Shown: positions 9,121 to 19,889, numbered from the stretch's first letter. The stretch: DNA of 64,000 nt from an uncultured bacterium (GCA_963704645.1 OY969926.1:352001-416000), one strand, 5' to 3'. Translations and numbers: made by a program. Notes: generated by a model from the sequence alone, not told the origin.

Positions 9121-11232
9121 ATGCCTCGTCAGACCCCTATAAATAAAACAAGAAATTTTGGAATTATTGCTCATATTGATGCAGGAAAAACTACTTTTAC
9201 AGAACGTGTTCTTTTATACACTGGAAGAACCCATAAAATTGGAGAAGTTCATGAAGGTGCAGCTACTATGGATTGGATGGAACAAGAAAAAGAACGTGGA
9301 ATTACAATTACTTCTGCGGCTACAACTTGTTTCTGGGAAGCCCCAGAATGGGTATACGGAGCAGATAAGAACAGAAAGACAAGATTTAACATCATCGATA
9401 CGCCTGGTCACGTAGATTTTACTGTAGAAGTTGAACGCTCTCTTCGTGTACTTGATGGTGCTATTGCTGTATTCGACGGTGTTGCTGGTGTAGAAAGTCA
9501 AACTGAAACTGTGTGGAGACAGGCTGAAAAATACAATGTTCCAAGAATGTGTTTTATTAACAAATTAGACAGAACCGGAGCAGATTTTTACTACGATATT
9601 CAAACTATTAAGGATAGATTAACAGATAACGCTGTAGTAATGCAACTTCCAATTGGAGCTGAAGACGGTTTTAAAGGAATGATCAATTTGTTAGAAATGA
9701 CAGCCAGCGTTTATTATGACGATATTGGAAATGATATTCGTGAAGAAGAAATTCCTGCAGACATGCTTGAAAAGGCTAAGCAATACCGTGAATTATTGGT
9801 TGAAAAAGTAGCAGAAACAGACGATACATTAAGTAACAAATTTTTAGAAGGTCAAGAAATTAGCATTTTAGAATTAAAGCAAGCTATTCGTGCTGCTACT
9901 ATTAAAAATAACTTACATCCAGTTTTTTGTGGTTCAGCTTTAAAGAACAAAGGTGTTCAGTTAATTTTAGATGCTGTTTGTGAATATCTTCCTTCCCCAT
10001 TAGATATTCCAGAAATTGAAGCTCATGATGTAGACGACGAAGATACAAAAATTTTAATTAAACCTCAGGATGAAGGCCACATGGCCGCTTTAGCTTTCAA
10101 AATTGCTAATGACCAATTTGGAGCTTTAACTTTCTTCCGTGTTTACTCTGGAGTTGTTAAAAAAGGTGACGAACTTTTCAACCCTAGAACAAGAAAAACT
10201 GAAAGAGCTGGTAGAATTGTATTAATGCACTCTAACAACCGTGAAGACGTTGAAGAAGTTTATGCTGGTGAAATTGCCGCCTTCGTAGGTTTGAAAGAAG
10301 CTAGAACAGGAGACACTTTGTGTTCTAAATCCAATCAACTTTTATTAGAAAGTATTAACTTCCCACAACCAGTTATCTCTTTGGCTATTGAGCCAAAAAC
10401 TAAGGCTGACCAAGAAAAAATGGGTACTGCTTTAAGCAAATTAACAGGAGAAGATCCTTCCTTGAGAGTTGAAACCAACGAAGAAACAGGACAGGTTGTA
10501 TTATCTGGAATGGGTGAACTTCATTTAGATATTATTGTTGACCGTTTGAAGCGTGAACATAAAGTTGAAACCAATGTTGGAGCTCCTCAAGTTGCTTACA
10601 AGGAATCTATTAGAAAAGAAATTGAAATTGAAGGTAAGTATGTTCGTCAAAGTGGAGGTAGAGGTCAATTTGGTCACTGCTGGTTAAGAATTAGACCAAA
10701 CGAAAAAGGACTTGGCTTCCAATTCGAAAATAAAGTTGTGGGTGGTGTTATTCCTAAAGAATTTATTCCAGCTATTGGAAAAGGTTGTGAAGAAGTATGC
10801 CAAAACGGTGCTTTGGCTGGTTACCCAGTTTTAGATGTTCATGTTGAAGTTTACGATGGATCATACCATGACGTTGACTCTTCTGAAATGTCATTCAAAA
10901 TGGCCGGTTCTATTGCAATGAAAGAAGGTATTTTGAAGGCCGACCCAGTTCTTCTTGAACCTATTATGAAACTAGAAGTAACAGTTCCAGATGAATACAT
11001 GGGAGACATTATTGGAGATTTAAACGGAAGACGCGGACAAATTAATGGAACCGACAAACGTGGAAAAGCTACAGTAATTAAAGCCGATGTACCTTTAGAA
11101 AACTTGTTTGGTTATATTTCCTCTTTACGTGGAAACACCAAAGGACAAGGAACAGCTTCTATGGTTTTCGGACATTACAGTGAAGTACCAAGAAATATCC
11201 AAGAAAAAATTATTGCAGCTAGAGCTAAGTAG
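9121..11232 (+). CDS. fusA: Elongation factor G
   Basis: [45 protein letters not shown]. Confidence 0.99.
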   Translation: MPRQTPINKTRNFGIIAHIDAGKTTFTERVLLYTGRTHKIGEVHEGAATMDWMEQEKERGITITSAATTCFWEAPEWVYGADKNRKTRFNIIDTPGHVDFTVEVERSLRVLDGAIAVFDGVAGVESQTETVWRQAEKYNVPRMCFINKLDRTGADFYYDIQTIKDRLTDNAVVMQLPIGAEDGFKGMINLLEMTASVYYDDIGNDIREEEIPADMLEKAKQYRELLVEKVAETDDTLSNKFLEGQEISILELKQAIRAATIKNNLHPVFCGSALKNKGVQLILDAVCEYLPSPLDIPEIEAHDVDDEDTKILIKPQDEGHMAALAFKIANDQFGALTFFRVYSGVVKKGDELFNPRTRKTERAGRIVLMHSNNREDVEEVYAGEIAAFVGLKEARTGDTLCSKSNQLLLESINFPQPVISLAIEPKTKADQEKMGTALSKLTGEDPSLRVETNEETGQVVLSGMGELHLDIIVDRLKREHKVETNVGAPQVAYKESIRKEIEIEGKYVRQSGGRGQFGHCWLRIRPNEKGLGFQFENKVVGGVIPKEFIPAIGKGCEEVCQNGALAGYPVLDVHVEVYDGSYHDVDSSEMSFKMAGSIAMKEGILKADPVLLEPIMKLEVTVPDEYMGDIIGDLNGRRGQINGTDKRGKATVIKADVPLENLFGYISSLRGNTKGQGTASMVFGHYSEVPRNIQEKIIAARAK

Positions 11233-11263
11233 TAATTACTTACCCTGTAGTTAGTAACAGTTT

Positions 11264-11284
11264 CCCTCCTCACGGAGGGTTTTT
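11264..11284 (+). terminator. Intrinsic terminator of fusA
   Basis: CCCTCC-TCAC-GGAGGG followed by TTTTT. Confidence 0.8.
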
Positions 11285-11404
11285 GTTTTGGGGAAATAAT
11301 GTAAATATTTTTTTGTTTTTAGTAGAGTATTTTTGACTAATTAAATAATATATGCCTATGTTAAGTGGTATTGAGTATAAATTTTCGTACAATTGGAGAT
11401 AATA

Positions 11405-12091
11405 ATGAGTTACATTAGAAGATTAAATGTTGGTTTTGCACTAATTATGGCAGTAATTTCTATGTGTCTTACTATAGCCTGCACGCCAACAAATTCTGTA
11501 CAACAGCAATCAACACCTACTCCGCAAGTTCAAACTCAGCAGATGTTGTTTGATGGAAAAAGCTATTTTCCACTGGTAGAAAACTTTGTTCAAAATATCG
11601 GCAAAGGTGATAGTTGGGAACAGTCAGCAAAAAAGACGGAGACTAAGAAAGGAGCTACACTATCTGTTGATGTAGAAAATACTTCTACTTCTTATACCAC
11701 TAAACTTGTCGGGGAAAATAATCCTAAAATGATTTATTTCTTTTTGGTTCACCCAGACGGCAAAATTGGCGGAGAGAATAATGTGACTGGAGCAATTCAG
11801 CTTGATCTTGCAAATGCTACTACTGTAGATGGTAAGATTAGAGTTCCTTGTGCTTTTAGCAATTTGGATAGGAATACCTGGGAGTTTAACTTAAACTTAA
11901 AACTTCAAGGCTACAGTGGTAAAAACACAAGTCCAATAGCTGCTCAAAACGATGAGTTTACTCCATCGGAACTGTCTTTAAAATCTTTCCGGGGCAATCA
12001 AACTTATATTGAGTTACTTGTTGTGAATGGCGACGTAACACCCTCTGATATAACTAGATTGGAAATGGTAACTTCTCCTGCCATTTGGTAA
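11405..12091 (+). CDS. Hypothetical lipoprotein
   Basis: Signal peptide with LTIA-C lipobox and Q/T/P-rich linker; ATG at 11405 preferred over TTG 11393. Confidence 0.6.
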   Translation: MSYIRRLNVGFALIMAVISMCLTIACTPTNSVQQQSTPTPQVQTQQMLFDGKSYFPLVENFVQNIGKGDSWEQSAKKTETKKGATLSVDVENTSTSYTTKLVGENNPKMIYFFLVHPDGKIGGENNVTGAIQLDLANATTVDGKIRVPCAFSNLDRNTWEFNLNLKLQGYSGKNTSPIAAQNDEFTPSELSLKSFRGNQTYIELLVVNGDVTPSDITRLEMVTSPAIW

Positions 12092-12142
12092 ATTTTTTAA
12101 CCAATATTACTTTCCCAATAACAAAATTTTGGGAGATTTTTT

Positions 12143-13501
12143 TTATGCCAAATATTTTAAAATTAACTTATTAACTAATTTGGTTTCTTTGGCTGGACCT
12201 ACTGTGGTTAAAGACATTCGGCTTGGCACAAATAAGTCTAGAGCTAATGATCTTAAGCTTGCTGCGTCTACTTTATCTATTTTATTTAACAAATCTTGCA
12301 ATTCAAAAGTTAAACCTGAACCCACTAAATAGTTAATTTGCCAAATGGTTGAAGCTAATAAGTCTTCTTGTTCCAAAATTAATCTTCCTTTCAGATATTC
12401 CTTAGCTTTGGAAAGTTCGTTAATTGAAACTGTTGTTTTCTTAAGGGCTTCTAAGGCGCTGAAAACGCTTTCTAAGGCAAAAGTGAATTGGTTATTTTCG
12501 CATAAACCAGCAATTTGTAAGAAGCCCGTAGTTCTAAATAATTTAACACTACTTTCTATGGTTTGAAAGAAAAATTCTTCTTCTACAGTTTTAGTCCATA
12601 ATCTGGAAGATTGACCTTGTCCTAGAATGGCACTTAAAACTAATAACTTAGACCAATCAGTAAGAACTTCTTCTTGCATTTGTTTTGGGTCAATGTTGTC
12701 ATCATCGGTAGAGTTTCTTAAAGCCTCTGGTTGTAAACCGCCTTCTAAAATAAAAGCTAAGCTAACTTCGGTGTGACCAATTCCGCGCTGTCTGTATGTA
12801 ATTCTTGGAAAAGTGCTGGTGTCTACTTGGCTTAAATCTTCGGTTTCAATATATTTCCTAGTTTTTGGGTTCCAAAAATTCCATTCCTGTTCGGTTAATT
12901 CTAAACTAGTTTTAGAGTCGAAATTCCCGGCTAGTACTAAAAAGCATTTATTAGGCGAATATTGATGAGCTAAATAGTTTTGTATAGTTTCTTGGCTAAT
13001 AGATAAAACGGTGTCTACAGTTCCTTCTATGGCTTCACCAAGGCCAGTGTTGTTGTATAAACTTCCAAGTGAAAGTCTTTCTGGGTCTGGCTGGCTATTT
13101 TCTTCTAGGTTTTTTACAGTATCAACCTGCTTTCGTTTATAATTTTCTAAGTCGTAAGTATCAAAATATGAATTCTGCATTACTTCTGCTAGCATTGAAA
13201 TAGCTTTATGTTGATGATAGCTTGGAACTGTTAAATAGAATTGAGTTAATTCAAAAGAAGTTAAGCTTTGAAATTGTCCGCCCATGCCTTCTAAAGCCAA
13301 ATTCAAACTTTTGGTGGAAGGGTGTTTATCGGTGCCAGACCAAAACATTTTTTCTACAATTAAACTGGTTCCTTGTGGAAAGTGATTGAATTCAGATAAA
13401 CTGCCTGTTAAGGCCACAAAACCAACTAAAAATGCGCTGCTACTTGGCCGAGGTAAACGCAAAACTGTTATTCCATTTTTTAATATTATAGGTTTTAGCA
13501 T
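12143..13501 (-). CDS. M16 (insulinase/pitrilysin) family protein, probably non-catalytic
   Basis: LKNG..V, GS..E, ILGQGQSSRLW, ELSKAKEYLKG match M16B; HxxEH replaced by LIVEK. Confidence 0.8.
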   Translation of the reverse strand: MLKPIILKNGITVLRLPRPSSSAFLVGFVALTGSLSEFNHFPQGTSLIVEKMFWSGTDKHPSTKSLNLALEGMGGQFQSLTSFELTQFYLTVPSYHQHKAISMLAEVMQNSYFDTYDLENYKRKQVDTVKNLEENSQPDPERLSLGSLYNNTGLGEAIEGTVDTVLSISQETIQNYLAHQYSPNKCFLVLAGNFDSKTSLELTEQEWNFWNPKTRKYIETEDLSQVDTSTFPRITYRQRGIGHTEVSLAFILEGGLQPEALRNSTDDDNIDPKQMQEEVLTDWSKLLVLSAILGQGQSSRLWTKTVEEEFFFQTIESSVKLFRTTGFLQIAGLCENNQFTFALESVFSALEALKKTTVSINELSKAKEYLKGRLILEQEDLLASTIWQINYLVGSGLTFELQDLLNKIDKVDAASLRSLALDLFVPSRMSLTTVGPAKETKLVNKLILKYLA

Positions 13502-13601
13502 TTTAATGTCTTTACAAAGCTAAATTTTGCCTTTACGGTAAGCTTTGTCAACCAGCTATGAAAAGCCCAGTAAACATTTATAGATAATTAAAACCAACAC
13601 C

Positions 13602-14279
13602 GTGTCCACAGATAACTTAGAACATAACCTTCAGCTAGAAGATGCTATAATTCCAATATATAAGCCTGTTGGTTTAAGCTCATTTAAAGCTTTGTCTTTG
13701 TTTAAAAGAACATATAAATTAAAAAAGGTTGGGCACGCCGGAACCTTAGATCCGCTGGCTGAAGGTTTGTTAATTTTAGCTACAGGTAAAGCTACAAAGC
13801 AAATTAGCCAAATACAAGATCTAACTAAAAATTATATTGCAAAAATTAGGCTAGGGGCTGTTACAGCTTCTTTTGACCGTGAATTTGAAGAGGAAAATGT
13901 CACTTCAGTCGACCATTTGTCGGAATTCCAAATTAATACCGCTTTACAGACTTTTGTAGGGAAAATTCAGCAAACACCACCCGCTTTTTCCGCTGTAAAA
14001 ATTAATGGCAAACGGGCTTATAAATTAGCTAGGGCTGGTTTGGAAGTAGAAATAAAGCCTAGAGAAATTGAAATTTATTCTATAAGAATTATTAGTTTTG
14101 AATCTGCACAAAATTTTGATGTAGAAATTATTTGCTCTAAAGGCACTTACATCCGGTCTTTAGCCAGAGATTTGGGTTTGAAGTTGGAAGTAGGTGGATA
14201 TTTAAAAGCTTTGCAAAGGGTTAGTATTGGCAATTACCACATTAACCAGGCTATGCATCTAAACTTGAACCAGATTTAA
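13602..14279 (+). CDS. truB: tRNA pseudouridine(55) synthase
   Basis: KVGHAGTLDPLAEGLL, QTPPAFSAVKINGKRAY, CSKGTYIRSLARDLG. Confidence 0.96.
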   Translation: MSTDNLEHNLQLEDAIIPIYKPVGLSSFKALSLFKRTYKLKKVGHAGTLDPLAEGLLILATGKATKQISQIQDLTKNYIAKIRLGAVTASFDREFEEENVTSVDHLSEFQINTALQTFVGKIQQTPPAFSAVKINGKRAYKLARAGLEVEIKPREIEIYSIRIISFESAQNFDVEIICSKGTYIRSLARDLGLKLEVGGYLKALQRVSIGNYHINQAMHLNLNQI

Positions 14280-15681
14280 ACTTTTTTAAAATTAATAAGT
14301 TTTCTAAATGTGGAGTTTGAGGGTATAAATCAAAACCCTGTTGGCTAATAATTTCGTAGTTGGTTAACAAAAGTGAAACATCTCTTGCTTGGGTGAATGG
14401 GTTGCAGCTTAAATAGACAATAATTTCGGGCAAAGTTTCCAACAACTTATCCACAACTTTTCCTTGAAGACCACTTCTCGGTGGGTCAATAATTACAACA
14501 TCTTCATCTCCAATTGCTTCTAAAGTTTTTTCTGTTGCACCTTCCCAAATTTCTAATTTAGAAACATCTAGGCCATTGTTTTTAGCATTTAATATTGTTA
14601 ATTCTTTACTTTTTAAACTAATCTCTACCATTTTTACTTTAGAAAATAAATCAATAACCGATAGGCCAATAGTTCCAACACCAGAGTACAAATCTGAAGC
14701 CACAAGAGGCATTTTTCCCTTAAAATAAGTTTCTGTAACCTGCTTAATTTCGTTTTTAAGTGTGGTCATTGTCTTCTCAAATTCAGCTATATTTATTTGG
14801 AAGAAATTATCTATGCCAAATTCAAAGTTTAAGTTTAAAAGCTTTTCAACTAAAGTAGTTTTGCCCGCACTAGCAAGCTCTTTTGTAACAATAGATGCTG
14901 GGCTTAAAGGTGAAGAGAAGGCTACTTTTAGGCCAATTAAAATTGAGTCAATTAATGGTAAAATTTCGGCTGAATTTATTTCAACTGTTTCGTCTTTAAT
15001 AAACAATGTAGCCATAACTTGGCCTTGTAAATTAGATCTTAAAAGAACAGTTTTTAGTTGAAACCCACCAAGCTTTTTGGAATTCACCCAATTTAAAATT
15101 TTAGCTGCGGCGATGTCTAAATTTTTATGAATTAAACAACAGCTTTGTACAGGAATTTTACCAAAATGGCTTCCCCTTTTGAAGAAAGATAGACTTGTTT
15201 CTTCAGTAGCCTTGTCTGTGTAAAAACTATATTCCACCTTGTTTCTGTAATTCCATCTATTTTCTTCCCCACAGGCCTCAAATTTTAAATTATTTAATTT
15301 TATATCGTAATTTTTAAAGGCTTTTTCTAGCAAATCTTTTTTGGTGTTATACTGTTCGTCGTAGTTTAAAATTTGCCATGGAGAACAAGAAGTAAAGTGA
15401 TTCTCTCTTGGTTCTAGCCTATTTTTAGACTGGTTGCTTATAGTTACGGCATTACCAAAAATATCTTTTCTTTTTATGTTGTGAATTTCAGCTTCTACAG
15501 TTTCACCTGGTAAAGCGTTTAAGATAAAATATCTATTTTTTAGGTTATTCTGCTCTGCTGTTTGTTGAGCAGGAGTTGGATTTAGTATTGGCTCTACCTT
15601 CGGGCTTATCTTGCCAATTCCATAGCCTTGTTCATCTAATTCAGTAATTGTAACGGTTTGATTTGGAAATGTTCTTTTCAT
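14251..15681 (-). CDS. RNA (uracil-5)-methyltransferase, RlmD/TrmA family
   Basis: TRAM-like N-terminus, YRNKVEY, FFQIN, DLYSGVGTIG, DPPRSG, YLSCNP, DLYPQTPHLE; ATG at 15681. Confidence 0.9.
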   Translation of the reverse strand: MKRTFPNQTVTITELDEQGYGIGKISPKVEPILNPTPAQQTAEQNNLKNRYFILNALPGETVEAEIHNIKRKDIFGNAVTISNQSKNRLEPRENHFTSCSPWQILNYDEQYNTKKDLLEKAFKNYDIKLNNLKFEACGEENRWNYRNKVEYSFYTDKATEETSLSFFKRGSHFGKIPVQSCCLIHKNLDIAAAKILNWVNSKKLGGFQLKTVLLRSNLQGQVMATLFIKDETVEINSAEILPLIDSILIGLKVAFSSPLSPASIVTKELASAGKTTLVEKLLNLNFEFGIDNFFQINIAEFEKTMTTLKNEIKQVTETYFKGKMPLVASDLYSGVGTIGLSVIDLFSKVKMVEISLKSKELTILNAKNNGLDVSKLEIWEGATEKTLEAIGDEDVVIIDPPRSGLQGKVVDKLLETLPEIIVYLSCNPFTQARDVSLLLTNYEIISQQGFDLYPQTPHLENLLILKKFKSGSSLDA

Positions 15682-15887
15682 AATTTGGTTGTACAAACTA
15701 TTTTGAAAGATAGCAATAAAATTAAGTTTTTGTTCTGTGGATTATACTTTCTTAATATTTATTAAGCTGTCACTTCTGGATCGATGGGTAAAAGCTAGAT
15801 TTGCCATATAGTTTAGTCATTTTTTATTATTGCAGAGACTAACTGAATTTTGACAAAGTGGCTGAATTAGGATAATTCAAGATTATT

Positions 15888-17315
15888 ATGCCAGATGCTA
15901 TAAATTCTAAAGATAATAATAAATCTGTTAATTCTTCTAATAATTCAAGACCAAACTCATTTGATTTCCCTAACAATAAAAAGCCAAAAGAAGGTAAAAA
16001 TTTCTTCCAAAAAGTTGGCGATTTCTTTAGATTAATTGGAATTTTAATCATTTTAATTTTATTAGCAGTTAGTTCTTTGTTTGCATTTTTGGTAATTAAT
16101 CCTGATCATGAATTTAGTAAATGGATAGTAAATAACACTCCAATTAACCGTATTTTGGGTTTAAATACAAATAAATCAGACGACAAGAAAACTGAACCTG
16201 CTGCAATTAATAATTTGCTTGGGTTAAATAATGACAATCAAAAATACGCTTTCGCCCCTGAAACTTCTACTAAAAGCACAACTGCAGTTGTTAATGAAGT
16301 TCTACCTTCGGTAGTTTCAATTTTGGTAAAGTCTAAGAGTACAGCAAGTAATGGTTCTGTTTTTGCTGGAACTGGTTACATTGTAGATAACACCGGACTA
16401 GTTGTAACGAACAAACACGTTATTGCTTCAACTTGTGGCTTGTCTAATGCTTCGGCAACAATTATGGCGGTAACTTATGACCAAAAAGCTGTACCGCTAA
16501 CTTTGCAAAGCGTTGATCCAATAAACGATATCGCTATTTTAAAAATGAGTAATGCGCCAACTAATTTAACTCCGGTTAAGTTTGCAGACAGTAACCAATT
16601 ACAACTTGGAGCTGAAGTTATAGCTATTGGAAACGCACTGGGTGAATTAGACAACACTGTTACTAAAGGTATTATTTCTGGTTTAAATAGAAACTTAGAT
16701 TACCCAGATTTAGACACTTGTACAGGCAAAAAAGTTAATACAAATGGTTTAATTCAAACTGATGCAGCTATAAATAAAGGCAATTCTGGCGGTCCACTTT
16801 TCGATTCTTTTGGAAGGCTTGTAGCGATGAATACTTTTGGTGCTACAGAAGGTGAAAACATAGGGTTAGCAATTCCTTCTAACTTAATTAAATCTGGTTT
16901 AGAAAGTTTTTCTAAGAACAACAAAATTTCTAGGGCCAGACTTGGTGTAACTAGCCAAAGCATTGACCCATTTACTAAGCAAGCCTACGAACTACCTTTA
17001 GATTACGGAGAGATTATTTTAGCAAGTAGTAATATAGTGCCAGCTATAGCAAGTGGTTCAGCTGCAGAAAAAGCTGGATTAAAAGAGGGTGATATTATTT
17101 TAGAAATAAATGGAGAAAAACTAGTTTCTAGTAATTCAAACCCAGCACCACTTCGCAGAGCTTTAAGTTCTTTAGAACCGAACACAAAAATTACTTTAAC
17201 TGTTTTGAAAGTTAAAACAAGGAACGCCAATATATTTAGCTATCAGGAAAATTCTGAAAAAATAGAAATAACTTTAGGCGAAGTTAGTGTAGATTTAGCT
17301 AATCCGCAGAAGTAG
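15888..17315 (+). CDS. htrA: Membrane-anchored HtrA/DegP serine protease with PDZ domain
   Basis: TM anchor; TNKHV, DIAILK, QTDAAINKGNSGGPL triad; PDZ AEKAGLKEGDIIL. Confidence 0.93.
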   Translation: MPDAINSKDNNKSVNSSNNSRPNSFDFPNNKKPKEGKNFFQKVGDFFRLIGILIILILLAVSSLFAFLVINPDHEFSKWIVNNTPINRILGLNTNKSDDKKTEPAAINNLLGLNNDNQKYAFAPETSTKSTTAVVNEVLPSVVSILVKSKSTASNGSVFAGTGYIVDNTGLVVTNKHVIASTCGLSNASATIMAVTYDQKAVPLTLQSVDPINDIAILKMSNAPTNLTPVKFADSNQLQLGAEVIAIGNALGELDNTVTKGIISGLNRNLDYPDLDTCTGKKVNTNGLIQTDAAINKGNSGGPLFDSFGRLVAMNTFGATEGENIGLAIPSNLIKSGLESFSKNNKISRARLGVTSQSIDPFTKQAYELPLDYGEIILASSNIVPAIASGSAAEKAGLKEGDIILEINGEKLVSSNSNPAPLRRALSSLEPNTKITLTVLKVKTRNANIFSYQENSEKIEITLGEVSVDLANPQK

Positions 17316-17349
17316 TAAAACAAAATATCCCCCTTTAGGGAGGATTATC

Positions 17350-17379
17350 TTGAAAATAGCCAATTGTATATGATACAAT
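17350..17379 (+). promoter_or_regulatory. Sigma70-type promoter in front of an ORF-free structured region
   Basis: TTGAAA (17350-55), 18-nt spacer, extended -10 TGA-TACAAT (17371-79); lies just after the htrA terminator-like hairpin (17327-17345). Confidence 0.6.
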
Positions 17380-17385
17380 GGCAGG

Positions 17386-17968
17386 GTGGTAAATTTTGCT
17401 TTACTATGCTAGCTAGATATTTCTAGCAAATTCAAATTCAGTTCATCTTTAGACTAACTGACAAGTCTTGTCCAAGTTTACAACTAACACAATAAAGATT
17501 ATGTGAAAGTTTTAGGTTAATCCTAGAGCACAAGGTGAAAAAGTGCTTTTAGTAAACTTGCTCGAGAGGTCCAGTAACTCGTTAGTTACGGCAATTGCTT
17601 TATAATTAGAATGAGTAAATCGATACTAATTGCAAAGCAAACTTTTTCTAGTTTTAAATCTAAAAAATAATTACTTTGTTTAGCAAAGTAACAACCCCGA
17701 TGGTTATTGGCCATGTAGACCGATTATTGGTATGCTCCAACCAGCTTGATTCGTGTGTTGTGTAAGCCCGTGCTACACTATCAATACAACCTATAGAATC
17801 ATCTAAGTTGTATTCAATTAATAGCATCAAATTTGCTCTTCGTCAAATTACTATTTCCAATGTTTTGTGTTGAAGTGGTGCATCCCTTCCCAACAAGTAT
17901 AACATCAAACTGCTTTATCAAATATATACTTTTGGGCTGGCAAGTTTTGTCATGGTATATTTACCATG
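17386..17968 (+). ncRNA. Candidate large structured non-coding RNA (~470-580 nt), family unknown
   Basis: No ORF of 60 aa or more on either strand; more than 10 nested stems found by eye, including a perfect 9-bp CAAGTTTAC/GTAAACTTG and a 15-bp stem at 17595-17640; upstream promoter. Confidence 0.5.
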
Positions 17969-17982
17969 TTGAATTAAATAGC

Positions 17983-18819
17983 TTAAAGACCCACACTTTC
18001 GTTTCTTTTTAATCCTAGTTTTAGTATTAACTTAGACAAAAAGTACAACACCAAGCACCAAAATATTCCTCCTAAAAATACGTAGATTGTTTCAAGCCAG
18101 GTATATTTTCCAAGGTAAACTTGCATTGGGTGATAAACTATAAAAGACCAAGGTAAAATCTGTAAAGAAGTTCTTAGCCAGTCTAAGGTAATTAAATTAT
18201 AAGGGAAAATTACACCCAAAATTAAGGGTACCATGTTTTCATATAAATTGGCTTGTCCGTAAATTGTAACCGTCCAAAAAGATGTTAGGCCAAGTATAAA
18301 AGCTATAAAATATCTAATTAAAATTGCCACACCAACAAGTAAAATCAATAAAAATATATTTAGTGGGTTAAAATTTAAAACTAATTTATCTGGAATTAAA
18401 AAGAAAAGCGGGAAAAGAATAATTGTATAATAAATAAAAATTCTTAAGGTAAAACCTGTTGTTATGAAAAAATTGTATGTAAGTAGTGAAATTGGTAAAA
18501 TTAAACTTTTAGCAATACTTCCATGCTCAATACTACCGCCCAAAGACCAGTAAATTGTGTTGGTTGTAATAACAAAAAGAATTACTCCTAAAATTAAGTT
18601 GGTAATAATTTCAGATGAACTATTGGTATAATTCCAAATTAAAACAGCCGAATAAATACTAACTGTTTGGCCTAGAAAATGTAGCAAATTGTTTACGAAA
18701 TATTTCCCATCCACTTTATAAAAATATTTCACAACATACCACCACTTGTAATTTTTACCCAAAAGTTTTTCCAGAAAGGTAGTCGTTGTATTCATATTTA
18801 ATTCTATTTTTAACTTCAT
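17983..18819 (-). CDS. ABC-2 type transporter permease (DUF990-like)
   Basis: 6 TM; IEHGSIAKSLILPIS, GLTSFW, ILPWSFIVYHPMQVYLGK; true start may be ATG 18795. Confidence 0.8.
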   Translation of the reverse strand: MKLKIELNMNTTTTFLEKLLGKNYKWWYVVKYFYKVDGKYFVNNLLHFLGQTVSIYSAVLIWNYTNSSSEIITNLILGVILFVITTNTIYWSLGGSIEHGSIAKSLILPISLLTYNFFITTGFTLRIFIYYTIILFPLFFLIPDKLVLNFNPLNIFLLILLVGVAILIRYFIAFILGLTSFWTVTIYGQANLYENMVPLILGVIFPYNLITLDWLRTSLQILPWSFIVYHPMQVYLGKYTWLETIYVFLGGIFWCLVLYFLSKLILKLGLKRNESVGL

Positions 18820-19036
18820 TTATAAAGTAAAACGTGTAAAGTTATAGGTCTCATGCTTCCTAAAATTTGCTTTGTTGCATTGAAATTCTACAAACTTTAA
18901 ATTGATTGTCGAGTATACTCTATTGTTAGAATAACAATCCGGTTTGGATATTCCTGTTGAAATTAATGGCTATCCTCTACAAGATATACACTATAAAATT
19001 CACTACTGGATATTTGTTTCAGTGTGTTAATCAGTC

Positions 19037-19065
19037 TAGACTCTGAAACGAGTTCGGAGTGGCAG
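19037..19065 (+). repeat. Short REP-like palindrome (core of the 7591/37883 repeat)
   Basis: TAGACTCTGAAACGAGTTCGGAGTGGCAG folds ACTCTGAA/TTCGGAGT and aligns with the TAGACCC..TGAAACAAGTTCAGGGTGACAG consensus. Confidence 0.6.
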
Positions 19066-19128
19066 GCTCACCACACTAATTTAAATGAGCAACTTGCTCA
19101 AAAAGCTAATTCTAAATATTCAATTTTC

Positions 19129-19800
19129 ATGAGCTTAAAAGTGCAAATTGAACCAGAATGGAAAGAGGTTTTACAGGAATATTTTAAGAAAGATGAGTTT
19201 GAAAATTTAACTACTTTTGTTAAAAATGAGTATCTTACTAAAACAGTTTTTCCCAGTCCTGAAAACATTTTTAAAGCTTTTTGGAACACTCCTTTTTCTA
19301 AAGTTAAAGTGGTAATTTTAGGGCAAGATCCTTACCATGGTTTTGGCCAAGCTCACGGCCTTTCTTTTTCGGTTCAAGATGGGGTAAAAGTTCCACCTTC
19401 ACTTCAAAACATATATAAAGAATTGCAAGATGAATTTGGAATAAAAAAAGATTTTAGCAATGGTAATTTAGAAGGTTGGACTAAACAAGGTGTCTTTTTA
19501 TTAAACTCGGTTTTAACAGTTGTGGCTAATTCTGCGGCTTCACATCAGGGGAAAGGCTGGGAAGAATTTACCAATTTTGTAATTTCAAAACTGTCTGATG
19601 AAAGTGAACATCTAGTGTTTTTATTGTGGGGAAATTTCGCTAAATCTAAGGCTAATTTAATTGATTCTTCAAAACATTTAATTTTAACAGCTCCACACCC
19701 TTCGCCTTTTTCTGCTCATTCTGGGTTTTTTGGCTGCAATCATTTTAAACTTTGCAATGAATACTTAAATAAGAATGGTTCACAGGCAATTGAATGGTAG
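19129..19800 (+). CDS. ung: Uracil-DNA glycosylase family 1
   Basis: ILGQDPYHG, HGLSFSV, PPSLQNIYKEL, LLNSVLTV, HPSPFS; ATG 19129 preferred because the 19024 extension runs through a REP. Confidence 0.97.
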   Translation: MSLKVQIEPEWKEVLQEYFKKDEFENLTTFVKNEYLTKTVFPSPENIFKAFWNTPFSKVKVVILGQDPYHGFGQAHGLSFSVQDGVKVPPSLQNIYKELQDEFGIKKDFSNGNLEGWTKQGVFLLNSVLTVVANSAASHQGKGWEEFTNFVISKLSDESEHLVFLLWGNFAKSKANLIDSSKHLILTAPHPSPFSAHSGFFGCNHFKLCNEYLNKNGSQAIEW

Positions 19801-19889
19801 TGTAGTGGTAATTTACCCTTAAATTGGCATTTGTGGCTGATTGACAACCTGGCCATTTAAATTCACTATTAAGTAAAGTCAAGCAAATT

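Noticed and set aside
17386-17968. tmRNA, RNase P RNA or self-splicing intron
   Set aside because: No tRNA-like ends or T-loop, no GAGGAAAGTCC on either strand, no group II domain V and no interrupted host gene
19024-19128. N-terminal extension of Ung
   Set aside because: Passes through a REP palindrome and the likely promoter; the Ung-like sequence begins at ATG 19129
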